DNA from: an uncultured delta proteobacterium
GTDB taxonomy: Bacteria > Desulfobacterota > RBG-13-43-22
Direction: 5' to 3'
DNA: 64,000 nucleotides
NCBI GenBank assembly: GCA_963790475.1
Contig: CAWBOS010000012.1
Coordinates: forward strand, 704,001-768,000
Shown: in pieces, positions 50,376 through 59,499 of the stretch
Layout: every line of letters starts with the position of its first letter
Position numbering within the stretch: position 1 is the first letter of the stretch
Translations under genes and position numbers: made by a program
Notes under the pieces: generated by a model
Told to the model about the DNA's origin: nothing
The model's database searches: none
What the model saw: only the letters and a program-made list of their open reading frames with translations

Positions 50376-50606
50376 TCAGTCTCCTGTTCGGGTCAAGGCC
50401 AGGGCTTCGCGCAGAATTTTGAGACTTTCCATGGCCGCTTCTTCATCGATTTTATGTAAGGCAAAACCGGCATGGACGATGACATAATCCCCCACTTTGG
50501 CCTCATCCAACAGAAGGAGACTGACCTTCCTGATGACCCCATCGACATCGATGATGCCGAGTCCCTCTTTAATTTCCACAATCTTTGACGGTATGGCCAG
50601 ACACAT
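50376..50606 (-). CDS. hypC: Hydrogenase assembly chaperone HypC/HupF
   Basis: MCLAIP, GDYVIVHAGFA. Confidence 0.95.
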   Translation of the reverse strand: MCLAIPSKIVEIKEGLGIIDVDGVIRKVSLLLLDEAKVGDYVIVHAGFALHKIDEEAAMESLKILREALALTRTGD

Positions 50607-51099
50607 AATCAGTACTCCTAAGGTGGTAAGGCGCTCCCAGGCGGGTAATTTCCGTCAGGACCCTTTCGATCATCGAATCCACTTTTGTCTGGATTAGAGG
50701 CGTAAGTTCGGTACTGAGCGTTTCAATGTCCTGGGGCTCCACGCCTAAAATGACCGTTTGAGGAACTTTATCAAGGGCCTGGCACAATGTCAAGGCTTCC
50801 AGAAAGTCCACTTGATGGAGGGAGTTTTTAGCCCTGATTCGAGCCGGTATCTCCTCCCCTTCCAATCGAATAAATGTACCGGGGCGGCATTTATTTCTGA
50901 CGATATCGATGACGATGAGATAATCCGCCTCGGATAGGAACCCTAGTAGATTCATTCCCAGCACACCCCCATCGATAATTGAGACGTTGTCTGAAAAGGC
51001 ATAGAGGTCCTGTATTCTTTCAATAACCCGCACCCCGAATCCCTCATCCCTGAAAAGGATATTACCGATGCCTAAGATCACGATCAAGGGTGAATCCAT
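50569..51099 (-). CDS. Hydrogenase maturation protease (HyaD/HybD family)
   Basis: LGIGNILFRDEGFG, IDGG, SLHQ. Start placed at ATG 51099. Confidence 0.9.
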   Translation of the reverse strand: MDSPLIVILGIGNILFRDEGFGVRVIERIQDLYAFSDNVSIIDGGVLGMNLLGFLSEADYLIVIDIVRNKCRPGTFIRLEGEEIPARIRAKNSLHQVDFLEALTLCQALDKVPQTVILGVEPQDIETLSTELTPLIQTKVDSMIERVLTEITRLGAPYHLRSTDYVSGHTVKDCGN

Positions 51100-51118
51100 T
51101 AGTCCTTGCTTTGAATGA

Positions 51119-51147
51119 AAGGAGCGGGTTTCAAACCCGCCCCTACA
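51119..51147. repeat. GTAG-type REP-like palindrome
   Basis: Minus strand TGTAGGG-GCGGGTTT-G-AAACCCGC. Confidence 0.55.
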
Positions 51148-51200
51148 AAACCCCATCAGATTTGATGAATATGCATTATTGACAAACCCGTAAGAAGTCG

Positions 51201-51479
51201 TCACCCCTGATAGCTCGCTCCAGGAAAGTTCTTTCGAAGATAATGGACCAGTTTGTCTGCTTCTGGAGGTTGGGTAAAAGTCTTATGCTCGCACTGTTTA
51301 GAAAAAATGCTCACGCTCCAACTCTTCTTGTGGACATCCAGTCCCACGTAAATCGATTGACCCGAAAAATCCAATTTGTTAATCTGTACCACGGCAAGTC
51401 TCCTTTCGGTTTGTTTTTTTACCCTAAAAAAAGTATATCCGAAAGCTTCGAGACTTGCCTTTCTTTTTCAATCATAAGG
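51201..51479 (-). mobile_element. IS110-family remnant: 5' end plus the first 63 codons of the transposase
   Basis: YVGLDVHKKS DEDD N-terminal motif, truncated. Leader hairpin GGCAAGTCTC/GAGACTTGCC. Sits between halves of a REP-like element. Confidence 0.75.
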
Positions 51480-51558
51480 TCCGGTGAAAACCGGTCCCGC
51501 CTAGGCGGGATGGATTCCGGCTGGAGTCTATCCGCACTTAATGCAGGACCGGAATGAC
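51480..51558. repeat. REP-like composite palindromic element (right part)
   Basis: CCGGTGAAAACCGG, TCCCGCCTAGGCGGGA, GGATTCCGG...CCGGAATGAC. A related GAAAACCGGAGTCC occurs at about 42399. Confidence 0.55.
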
Positions 51559-51616
51559 AAAAATGAGCATTCGGTGATTTTTCGCCGAACTCTGAACTCC
51601 GAACTTTCTTTTCTTC

Positions 51617-53257
51617 TTAAAGTGCCTTGACCTTGTATACCTGGTTGGAGTCGGGGTCAATGACATGAATCCCGCAGGCGATGCAAGGGTCAAAGGAATG
51701 GACGGTCCGAAGTATCTCCAGGGGCTGTTTTGGATCGGCCACCGGCGTTCCGATCAGGGCCTCTTCCACCGGTCCCATCTTGCCCTTTTCATCCCTCGGG
51801 CAGAGGTTCCAGGTGGAGGGAACCACCATCTGGTAGTTTTCGATCTTCTTATCCTTGATCTTGATCCAGTGACCCAAGGCACCCCTGGCCACATCATTCA
51901 AACCGCAACCGATGGCCGTGCCCTCGGGCATCTCCCAGTGCTCATAGGTCTTGATATCCCCCCCTTTGATATGGCCGATCAGGTCGTTGATCCAGCCTTC
52001 CATGGCATTCCCGATAACCACGGTCTCCAGGCCCCTGGCCGCTGTTCGGCCCAGGGTGGAAAAAAGGGCCTCCACCGGAACTCCCAGCTTTTTCAAGGTG
52101 TCATCCACGAGGGCATTGATCCCTTTATTCCCCCTGGCATAAGCGACCAGCACTCTGGCCAGAGGTCCCACTTCACAGGGTTCTCCGTCATACCGCGGGG
52201 ATTTGAACCACGAATATTTGCCCTCCGGTCTATAATCCCCGTGCTGGGGTCTGGTTTCCCCTTCCCAGGGGTGCTTTGGGGATCCTGCTTCGTACCAGGA
52301 GTGGGCTACGTGTTCGGTCACCTTTGCTTGATCCGCCATCTTTATACCCTTCAGGTCCCTTTTCATGATCACCCCCCGGGGCAGGAAAAGGTCTTCGGGT
52401 TCCTTGTCTCCCAGAGGTAAATCACCCCAGGCCAGAAAATTGGTAGTCCCGCCGATGGCCCCCCAATCTTTATAAAAGGAAGCGACGGCCAGGAGATCGG
52501 GGATATAGACGTCTTTGATAAATTCCTGGGTTTCCTTCCAAACGTAAAAGAACTCGGTGATACGTTCAGGATTCAGGTCGGCCACGCAGGTAATACCGCC
52601 CACGACCAGAGATTGGAGATGGGGGTTCTTTCCGCCGAATATGGCGTGCATCCTGGCTGCCTTGGCCTGGAGGCGAAGGGCTTCGATATAATGGGCCGCA
52701 GCCATCAGGTTGGCCTCGGGGGGAAGTTTATAGGCCGGATGCCCCCAGTAGGCATTGTTAAAGGGGCCGAGTTGACCGCTGTCGACAAAGGTTTGGAGTC
52801 GTTGCTGCACGTTCTTGAAATAGGCCGTACCGCCGGGTGCGTTGGAGACGTTATCCGAAAGGACGGCGGTTTTGACCGGGTCTGCTTTCAAGGCGCTGAC
52901 GATGTCCACCCAATCCAAGGCATGGAGATGATAGAAATGGACCAGATGATCCTGCTGGAACTGGGCCCCGTGCAGAAGATTCCTCAGGATGCGTGCATTG
53001 TCCGGAATCCTGACTTTTACCGCATTTTCAACTGCCCTCACCGAGGACAGAGCATGGGTGTAAGTTCAAACCCCGCAGGCGCGCTGTGTAAAGTGATGGG
53101 CATCCCGGGGATCCCGGCCCTGCAAAATAATTTCGATACCCCTGAACATGGTGCCTGAACTCCAGGCATTAACCACCTTGCCCCCAGCCACCTCCACCTC
53201 GATCTTGAGGTGGCCTTCTATCCTGGTAATCGGATCAATCGTTATTTTCGTACCCAT
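51617..53257 (-). CDS. Periplasmic group-1 [NiFe] hydrogenase large subunit with in-frame UGA (predicted Sec) in the N-terminal CxxC
   Basis: IDPITRIEGH, RGIE...QRACGV-TGA-TYTH reads in frame into ORF 51617-53041 (546 aa total). C-terminal DPCIACGIH plus a cleavable tail. SECIS-like hairpin. Confidence 0.88.
53032..53050 (-). promoter_or_regulatory. Putative bacterial SECIS hairpin
   Basis: CUGUCCUC-GGU-GAGGGCAG (8 bp, one G-U pair); loop starts 23 nt after the UGA at 53068-53066. Confidence 0.7.
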
Positions 53258-53323
53258 AGGATCTCCTTAAATTCTTTTCTAAAGTTCTAAGATAAAAACA
53301 ATGTCATCCGCCATGGCTGGAGA

Positions 53324-54268
53324 CTAACTCTTTATATTCTCTCTGTAAAAGGGCGTCATCTCATCCCAAAAATTGGGTTCGCTGCAGCCGATGCAGGGAT
53401 GTCCGGCCTGAATAGGCCAACTGGTGCCTCCATGGAACTTGACCGTCGGGCAATTATTATAAGTTTCAGGACCTTTACAGCCCATCTTGTAGAGGCAATA
53501 ACCCATGCGGGCCTCGATTGAACCGAATTCAAGAACAAAATTATTGGCTTCAAAATAGGATCTTCGCGGGCACTGGTCATGAATCGTGTTGCCGTAGGCA
53601 AAGAGAGGACGCCCCAGGTCGTCCAGGGCCGGAAGTTTGCCCAGAAGGAGATAATTGACCACGGTCCCTACCAGATTGACCGGGTTGGGGGGACAACCCG
53701 AGATATTGACCGGCTTTATCCCCAGGGCCTCTCCGACACTTTTGTACCCGCCGGGGTTGGGCTTGGCTGCCTGAATGCCTCCGAAACAGGCACAGGTACC
53801 CATGCAGACCACGGCCAGGGCCTGGGGGCAGACTTCCCGGGCGATTTCCAGGAAGGGCCGGCCGGCAATTTTTCCGTAAGCCCCGTCATACTTGGTGGCG
53901 ATGGCGCCATCAACAATGCAAATGAATTGCCCTTTGTATTTTTTAACTGCGGCCTTCAGATTTTCTTCAGCCTGATGCCCTGCTGCGGCCATGATCGTTT
54001 CGTGGTATTCTATGTCGAGAATATCCAGAACCAGGTCGGCAACCCAGGGATACATGGATCTCAAGAGGGCCTCCGTACAGCCGGTACACACCCCGAAGGA
54101 GAGCCAGATCACCGGAGGCCGCTGTTTGGGCGCGGCGAAGACCTCGGCCACTTTCGGGACGAACGATGACGAGAGCCCCAGGGTGGCGGTAAGAAGGGTA
54201 CAGAACTTCATGAAGTCTCTCCTCGAGACTCCTTTTTGCTCCAGTCGTTTATAGAAATCCTTTTCCAT
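53324..54268 (-). CDS. [NiFe] hydrogenase small subunit with Tat signal
   Basis: SRRDFMK, CTGC, GTCA, GCPP, HDQCPRR, CLYKMGCKGP, SWPIQAGHPCIGC (Pro indicates a [3Fe-4S] medial cluster). AGGAGG RBS before ATG 54268. Confidence 0.93.
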   Translation of the reverse strand: MEKDFYKRLEQKGVSRRDFMKFCTLLTATLGLSSSFVPKVAEVFAAPKQRPPVIWLSFGVCTGCTEALLRSMYPWVADLVLDILDIEYHETIMAAAGHQAEENLKAAVKKYKGQFICIVDGAIATKYDGAYGKIAGRPFLEIAREVCPQALAVVCMGTCACFGGIQAAKPNPGGYKSVGEALGIKPVNISGCPPNPVNLVGTVVNYLLLGKLPALDDLGRPLFAYGNTIHDQCPRRSYFEANNFVLEFGSIEARMGYCLYKMGCKGPETYNNCPTVKFHGGTSWPIQAGHPCIGCSEPNFWDEMTPFYRENIKS

Positions 54269-54287
54269 TGTCACCTCCTGAAAACAA

Positions 54288-55100
54288 TTATTCTTTTGGT
54301 CCAATTGGTATCATTCCTCTCTTTTCAATGATCTCCTTCCCTTTGTCCGACAGGGCGAAGTCAATGAAGGCCTTGGCCGCTCCCGCCGGTTTCCCCTTGG
54401 TGACAAAGGAAAATTCTTGAAAATAAGGATACCCTTTGTCCTTCGGGGAAAGACCATTGACTTTGACCGTCTTGACTCCTCCTGCTTTTCCTATGGCCCC
54501 CTGGGTAACGAAAGAAATGGCCGCGGGAAAACGTTTGACTACTTCCAAGGCCATGGTGGAAAGATTAGTCATGATGTCATAATGGGTCTCTTTTCGTTTC
54601 ATGGCCAGATGTCCGAAATTCTCGTAGGCGGCGGTGTTTTTCCCGGGAACGACCAGAACAATCATCTCCTCCGGCCGGCCTAATTGTTTCCAGTTGGTGA
54701 TTTTTTTGCCGAAGATATTCCGGAGTTGTTCTTCAGATAGATTAGCCAGCCGATTCCTGGCGTTGACAATAATCGCCAAAGGGTCTTTGCCGAAGAGCGT
54801 CTCCACAAATCCGCCCTCCTTAAGGGGGTATGTCCCCCCCCGGGCTATACTGGAGATGTCGCTCTGTCCGGACATGAGACGGTTCACCGCGACGGAAGAA
54901 GAGGACACATACAACTCCACATCAATCCCCGTGGCTTTGGTAAAAAGCTCAAGCCTTTCCTTTTCAAAGGCTTCGTAAACCTGGGAAGAGCAACTGTACC
55001 TCAATTTTTCTTGGGCCTGGACGGCCGGAGTCAGGAGCATGATCCAAGAAACCAGGATGGAGGCCACAACCGTTACAACCAATGCCAATCTTCTTATCAT
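54288..55100 (-). CDS. Stand-alone periplasmic binding protein (PstS/PBP-like)
   Basis: Signal peptide, DPLAIIVN, GKKITNWKQLG, FIDFALS. Ends 19 nt before the small subunit start. Confidence 0.8.
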   Translation of the reverse strand: MIRRLALVVTVVASILVSWIMLLTPAVQAQEKLRYSCSSQVYEAFEKERLELFTKATGIDVELYVSSSSVAVNRLMSGQSDISSIARGGTYPLKEGGFVETLFGKDPLAIIVNARNRLANLSEEQLRNIFGKKITNWKQLGRPEEMIVLVVPGKNTAAYENFGHLAMKRKETHYDIMTNLSTMALEVVKRFPAAISFVTQGAIGKAGGVKTVKVNGLSPKDKGYPYFQEFSFVTKGKPAGAAKAFIDFALSDKGKEIIEKRGMIPIGPKE

Positions 55101-55660
55101 GATTCCTCCTGTTTAATAATGGTCAAAAGGCCTGATAAAGGTGAATCGCCGCGACCCCAGCGGGAGGTCCCCTAAGACACAATCCTTCAAATAATAGGGG
55201 GGTTCCCTGAGCATGAAACATACGGGTGAAATTTTTGGAATTTTTTGTTAGGTCTTTATTGTCCGGACAAAAGGAGTTCATCTGCCTGGGAGGGACTTTG
55301 GTTAAATAAATGTTTCCCGACACATTCGGATTAAGAAATCGACCCAAGGGATGGATTCCTCTTTCATAGAAGTGATCCGAAAAAGGGGGAAAATGACTCT
55401 TTTCCGGACCTTTTATTACCAATTATTCCTTTGGCCGGCCAAATAGCTATTTCGGAGCGACGGCCTTTGTATTTAAGGCAAAAAATTGTCAAGCAGGGAT
55501 TGTTTGCTTATATTCACTTCAGCCGGCATCATATCCGACAGATTTCTTCCAAAACAACAAAAAGTGAACTTCACAAATTACATTTGATAAGATAAAGAGA
55601 TTGGACTGCAACCAATAGGTTTAAGTTTGCCTATGTATAAATCGGAAGGAATAAGGTGTC

Positions 55661-55678
55661 AAGTGAAAAAAATTACGA
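55661..55678. promoter_or_regulatory. Possible Rex-like operator next to a minus-strand TTGACA
   Basis: TCGTAATTTTTTTCACTT is an imperfect match to TTGTGAA-N4-TTCACAA, upstream of the hydrogenase operon. Confidence 0.3.
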
Positions 55679-55828
55679 CCTTCAATTGCAAGGGGCGAGA
55701 GGCTTAAGGGTCGAGCCAGAGAAAGCTTATTGTAAAAACAAAAAAAGGATATTCGTGCAGAGGGGCTTAATCATTTCTGCACGAACATCCCTTTTTGCTT
55801 CTCGGACTTACAACTTCCCCGGCTTGGC

Positions 55829-56719
55829 CTACCAGATTTCCGTCTCCAGTCGGGATAAGATCCAACGGAGCTGCTTCTCACTCAGCTCACCCACATGCTC
55901 CTTAATCCAAAGCAGGTCTCCGGAAATGATAGCGGCCTTGGCCTCATTGGAGATCCGATAATCTCCCAGGGCAAAGGACCCCTGCTGCATCAAATCAGTC
56001 CAGAAACCCCGGTCTTCCCCTGCCCTCTCCAGGACCTGGGCCACCTCCCGTTTCTCAATCACTGTGGCCTCCGTCTCCATCAGAGACAGAATCGAACGAA
56101 ATTGCTTTTCGCTCAGATGATCGAGGTTTTCATTAATCCATTGGAACTCCCCGCCGACAATCGCGTTCTTGGCCTCCATGGAAATCTGGCCGTTTCCCAG
56201 ATTCTCGAAACCGCTCAATACATCCTGTCTGAAGACTTTATCCATTGTCGCCCGATCCGGGAGGGATGGCGTTTCCCTTTTTGAAGGGGTCTCCTTGAGC
56301 ATTGGACCATATCTTTCTTTCAAAGCACCCTGGACCGAATCGACGAATTCGTTCTTGGTAAAGGGTTTGGAAAGATAGTCAAAAACTCCGATTTTCATAG
56401 CCCCGACGGCCGAGGGCACACTCCCATACCCGGTGATGATGATTACCGGGAGTTCCGGATTTTTTCCTTTGGCCCTTTTGACCACTTCCATACCATCGAT
56501 ATCCGGAAGCCGCAGATCGGCTACCAGCAAGTCGTAGGGTTTTTGGCCGAAATAATCCAAGGCCCCCTGGCCGGTAGTGGCGTAGTCGACGGTATAACCC
56601 TCTTTGGTTAGAATTTTCTCCAGTCCTTTCCCGAGGGTCATTTCATCATCCACCAATAAAATCTTAGGGGGAGGATTCGATCCTTTATAATCTGTAGAAA
56701 CACTCATATTTCCTCTCAT
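55829..56719 (-). CDS. Response regulator: REC domain plus two tandem ~65-aa helical repeats
   Basis: LVDDE, ADLRLPDIDG, ITGYG, KPF. Repeat ISxEAKxAI..G...WIxE....LSEKQ.RxILS..ETE occurs twice. Confidence 0.85.
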   Translation of the reverse strand: MRGNMSVSTDYKGSNPPPKILLVDDEMTLGKGLEKILTKEGYTVDYATTGQGALDYFGQKPYDLLVADLRLPDIDGMEVVKRAKGKNPELPVIIITGYGSVPSAVGAMKIGVFDYLSKPFTKNEFVDSVQGALKERYGPMLKETPSKRETPSLPDRATMDKVFRQDVLSGFENLGNGQISMEAKNAIVGGEFQWINENLDHLSEKQFRSILSLMETEATVIEKREVAQVLERAGEDRGFWTDLMQQGSFALGDYRISNEAKAAIISGDLLWIKEHVGELSEKQLRWILSRLETEIW

Positions 56720-56799
56720 GGTCTTTCTCCTTTCTTATATAAATCAATGAAGTTATCGTAAACAAGGTTTGTATATTAACGCTTCATAATTTAGTATAA

Positions 56800-56814
56800 G
56801 CAAAAGACATTCCA
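56800..56814 (-). promoter_or_regulatory. Sigma54 (-24/-12) promoter
   Basis: TGGAATGTCTTTTGC = GG-N10-GC, 80 nt upstream of the 56719 start. Confidence 0.7.
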
Positions 56815-56915
56815 AAGAAGACAAATCCTTAAAATAATTTCACTTACATAACAGGCTATAATCATTAAATATTTTCATTTGAAGGAAAAGAGGCTAGCCC
56901 GGTCGGAAAGAGAAA

Positions 56916-57001
56916 TGTAAGACCAGTCGTACAGTAAAAAAGAAAGAATAAAAAATTTCTGATGGAAATCCTATGGTTGATTGAGTAAGACTCCCCTTAC
57001 A
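56916..57001. promoter_or_regulatory. Two palindromic putative enhancer (UAS) sites
   Basis: TGTAAGACCAGTCGTACA (56916-56933) and AGTAAGACTCCCCTTACA (56984-57001). Confidence 0.55.
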
Positions 57002-57023
57002 GGTTTGTTCCGGTCTTGTATAG

Positions 57024-57790
57024 TCAACGGATCGTTTTTGAACCCTTGGCTTTCAAACCGTATCGTTTGATGAGGGAATGAAAATAGGGCCTTTGCATAC
57101 CGACCCTCAGGGCCGCCTGAGTTATATTCCCCTGGCAGGCCTCAAGGGCCTTAACGAGAAACATCTTTTCAACCACCTCGTAGGTTTCCTTAATTAGGTG
57201 CTGCTTGAAGTCCCTCAGTTCCTCGGTGGTTTCAGGGACCCGATCGGCTTTCGTACCTCCCCGCAGCCTTGTTGAAAACATGGGAAACACATTTTCCAGG
57301 GTTCTTCCTTCGGCCAGGATGACCAGGCGTTCGACGATGTTTTTGAGCTCACGAACATTCCCCGGCCAATCATATTGGGCCAGGGCTTCCAGGGCCTCAA
57401 CACTGAACCCTTCAACCTTCTTCCCCGTCTTTCGGCAAAAAAGCTTTAAGAAGAAATAAGCCAGCCGGGGGATATCGTCCCTTCGTTCCCGCAGAGGGGG
57501 AATGAAGATCGGAAATACGTTCAGCCGGTAATAAAGATCTTCCCTGAATTGGCCCTTTTCCACCAGCGTCTTAAGATCCCGATTGGTGGCTGATATGATC
57601 CGGACATCGCTTTTTTTGATCCGGCTTCCGCCGACGGGTTTGTATTCCTGTGCCCCTGCAGAATGGCCTCGAGGCCTGCCTGACCATTAGGGCAGATGTC
57701 GACCAAATGCCCTTTGTTACTGAGGGACAAACGGCAGCCTTCACGAATGGAACGTTCGTCGTCGATGACCAGGATATTAAGAGGGTTCAC
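57024..57790 (-). pseudogene. Sigma54-dependent response regulator with a large internal deletion
   Basis: REC start (ILVIDDE) jumps at about 57655 to QEYKPVGG..SATNRDL..FREDLYYRLNV..WPGNVREL..HTH. Walker A, GAFTGA and Walker B are absent. Confidence 0.8.
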
Positions 57791-58311
57791 CTTGTCGGTC
57801 CTCAGAAGAGGGGTTTACTTCTCCGGCCTGGACCGGCAGAGTAATGGAAAAGTGCGTCCCGCTTCCGGGCAGGCTGGAAACCTCGATCTGCCCTTGATGA
57901 TTTTGGATAATGCCGAAACTGACCGATAACAGAGGCCGCTCCCTGAAAAAATCCAGAAGCTCCTGAATGACGAAAACTCCCGGGGTACTGGATGCGGGGA
58001 TTCTTTTCAATGTCGCGGATCAGGATCACCTTATTTAATTTACACAGATCGGTAATAATGGTTTCGCTGGAGACCTGCCCTTTGGAAAGATACCGCTCGC
58101 TGAGACCGTGAGCGGCAAAAAGATCCATTTCATGGGATTCAAGATTGAGGATGCGGATAAGGGCGCCCCTGGCCTGAAGGAGCTCGGTAGACTTCTTGAC
58201 CACCAGGGACAAAACTTCATCGACCTTGGTGCTGGAGTGCACGGATCGGCTGATGTCTCTGAAGGTCCGATAAAAGACCTCGAAAATGTTGGAGGAGGCT
58301 TTCACTTTCAA
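57777..58311 (-). pseudogene. GAF-containing histidine kinase with deletions
   Basis: AAGGAGG plus TTG. GAF N-terminus (…DIEKNPRIQYP), then only the HATPase tail (SVSFGIIQNHQGQIEVSS.PGSGTHF). Confidence 0.7.
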
Positions 58312-58329
58312 CTGACCCTCCTTTATCCC

Positions 58330-59204
58330 TTTTTTAAAGAACCTAATGGCGACCCAAGGAGAGCTGCCTAGGATATCGATGATTGTTTCAGCCTGATTCA
58401 TGGTATAAAAATGGAAATAGCGGATACCCTGTCTGATCAGGTCGGCGCACTGCTCAATGGCAAATTCCCGGCCATAAGCCCGGCATCTTCCGGGGAAGCC
58501 TTTTCCATGCGGGCAACCAGTGAATCGGGGATGGTGGCACCGCACTTCCGGCAGAATTCGCGGTTCTCTTAATATCGAGATCGGCATAATACCAGGGATA
58601 ATAGGTATGGGATGCCGATCTTCTCCGCCCGCTCCAGAAAATCATAGTAAAAATGATTGTCGAAAAACATCTGGGTAATTGCGAAATGGGCCCCGCTGTC
58701 AATCTTTCTTTTGGTGAATAACAGGTCCTTTTCCAGGCTTGATGCTTCGATATGACCTTCAGGATAACAGGCGACGCCTATCGAAAAGGCCGGTATGTTG
58801 CCGTCAGATCTACCAAGTCTTTAGCACAGGTCAAACAATCATCAGGAAAATCGGTCTCGCTGGTCCCTTGCGGAAAGTCTCCTCTGAGGGCCAGCACATT
58901 TTCAATGCCCCGGTGTCGGTAATGGTCAAGGATGGTTTTCAAATCCCCATTGCTCTGGCCGATGCAGGTCAGGTGGGGCATGGCGGTGAACGGAGTCTCT
59001 TCTTGGATGCGTTCGACCAGGCCGGCGGTATTCTTCCTGGTGCTTCCCCCGGCCCCATAGGTCACCGACACAAAATCGGGTTCGAGGGCCTCCAGTTTCT
59101 TGATCACGGGGAGTAATCTGTTTTCTCCGGACGGGTCCTTCGGGAGGGAAGAATTCAAAGGAAACACTCTTCCCTTGATTCTTGATGATCTCGTGTATCT
59201 TCAT
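58330..59204 (-). pseudogene. metF: Methylenetetrahydrofolate reductase with multiple frameshifts
   Basis: SFEFFPP / DFVSVTYGAGGS, HLTC, LALRGD / YPEGH, ITQMFFDN / FHFYTMN spread over different frames. Confidence 0.85.
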
Positions 59205-59251
59205 GAAAATACACTTCCGTCAAAGGAGGGATAAGACGGGCAAATCTCTCA

Positions 59252-59398
59252 GAGAGAGCAGTTGAAAAACATTCCCTTTTGCCCGATCTCAGCGTCAGAC
59301 TCAAATTTTACTCCTCGAAATAGCTTCATGTATTTCTGCGGTTAAAATTCTCGTCTTCCATGACCTTGAACAAATTGAACGTTTTTCAAAGCTCTCTC
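59252..59398. mobile_element. MITE-like element (~147 bp) with terminal inverted repeats
   Basis: GAGAGAGCAGTTGAAAAAC ... GTTTTTCAAAGCTCTCTC; non-coding. Confidence 0.6.
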
Positions 59399-59449
59399 AA
59401 GACAGTTATGAGGTCCTCGACCTGACAGTGGATAGTCAGGCAATTTTTC

Positions 59450-59485
59450 CTCTGTCCTCTCTCCAGGTTTGGAGAGAGGACAGAG
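59450..59485. terminator. Perfect 16-bp hairpin downstream of hoxH (terminator or REP)
   Basis: CTCTGTCCTCTCTCCA-GGTT-TGGAGAGAGGACAGAG. Confidence 0.55.
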
Positions 59486-59499
59486 TTGTGAGGGAGGGT

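Noticed and set aside
53066-53257. 63-aa stand-alone ORF
   Set aside because: It is the N-terminus of the hydrogenase large subunit; the TGA is in frame at a conserved Cys.
59205-59499. SAM riboswitch upstream of metF
   Set aside because: No SAM-I core recognised; the space is occupied by the MITE-like element and a hairpin.
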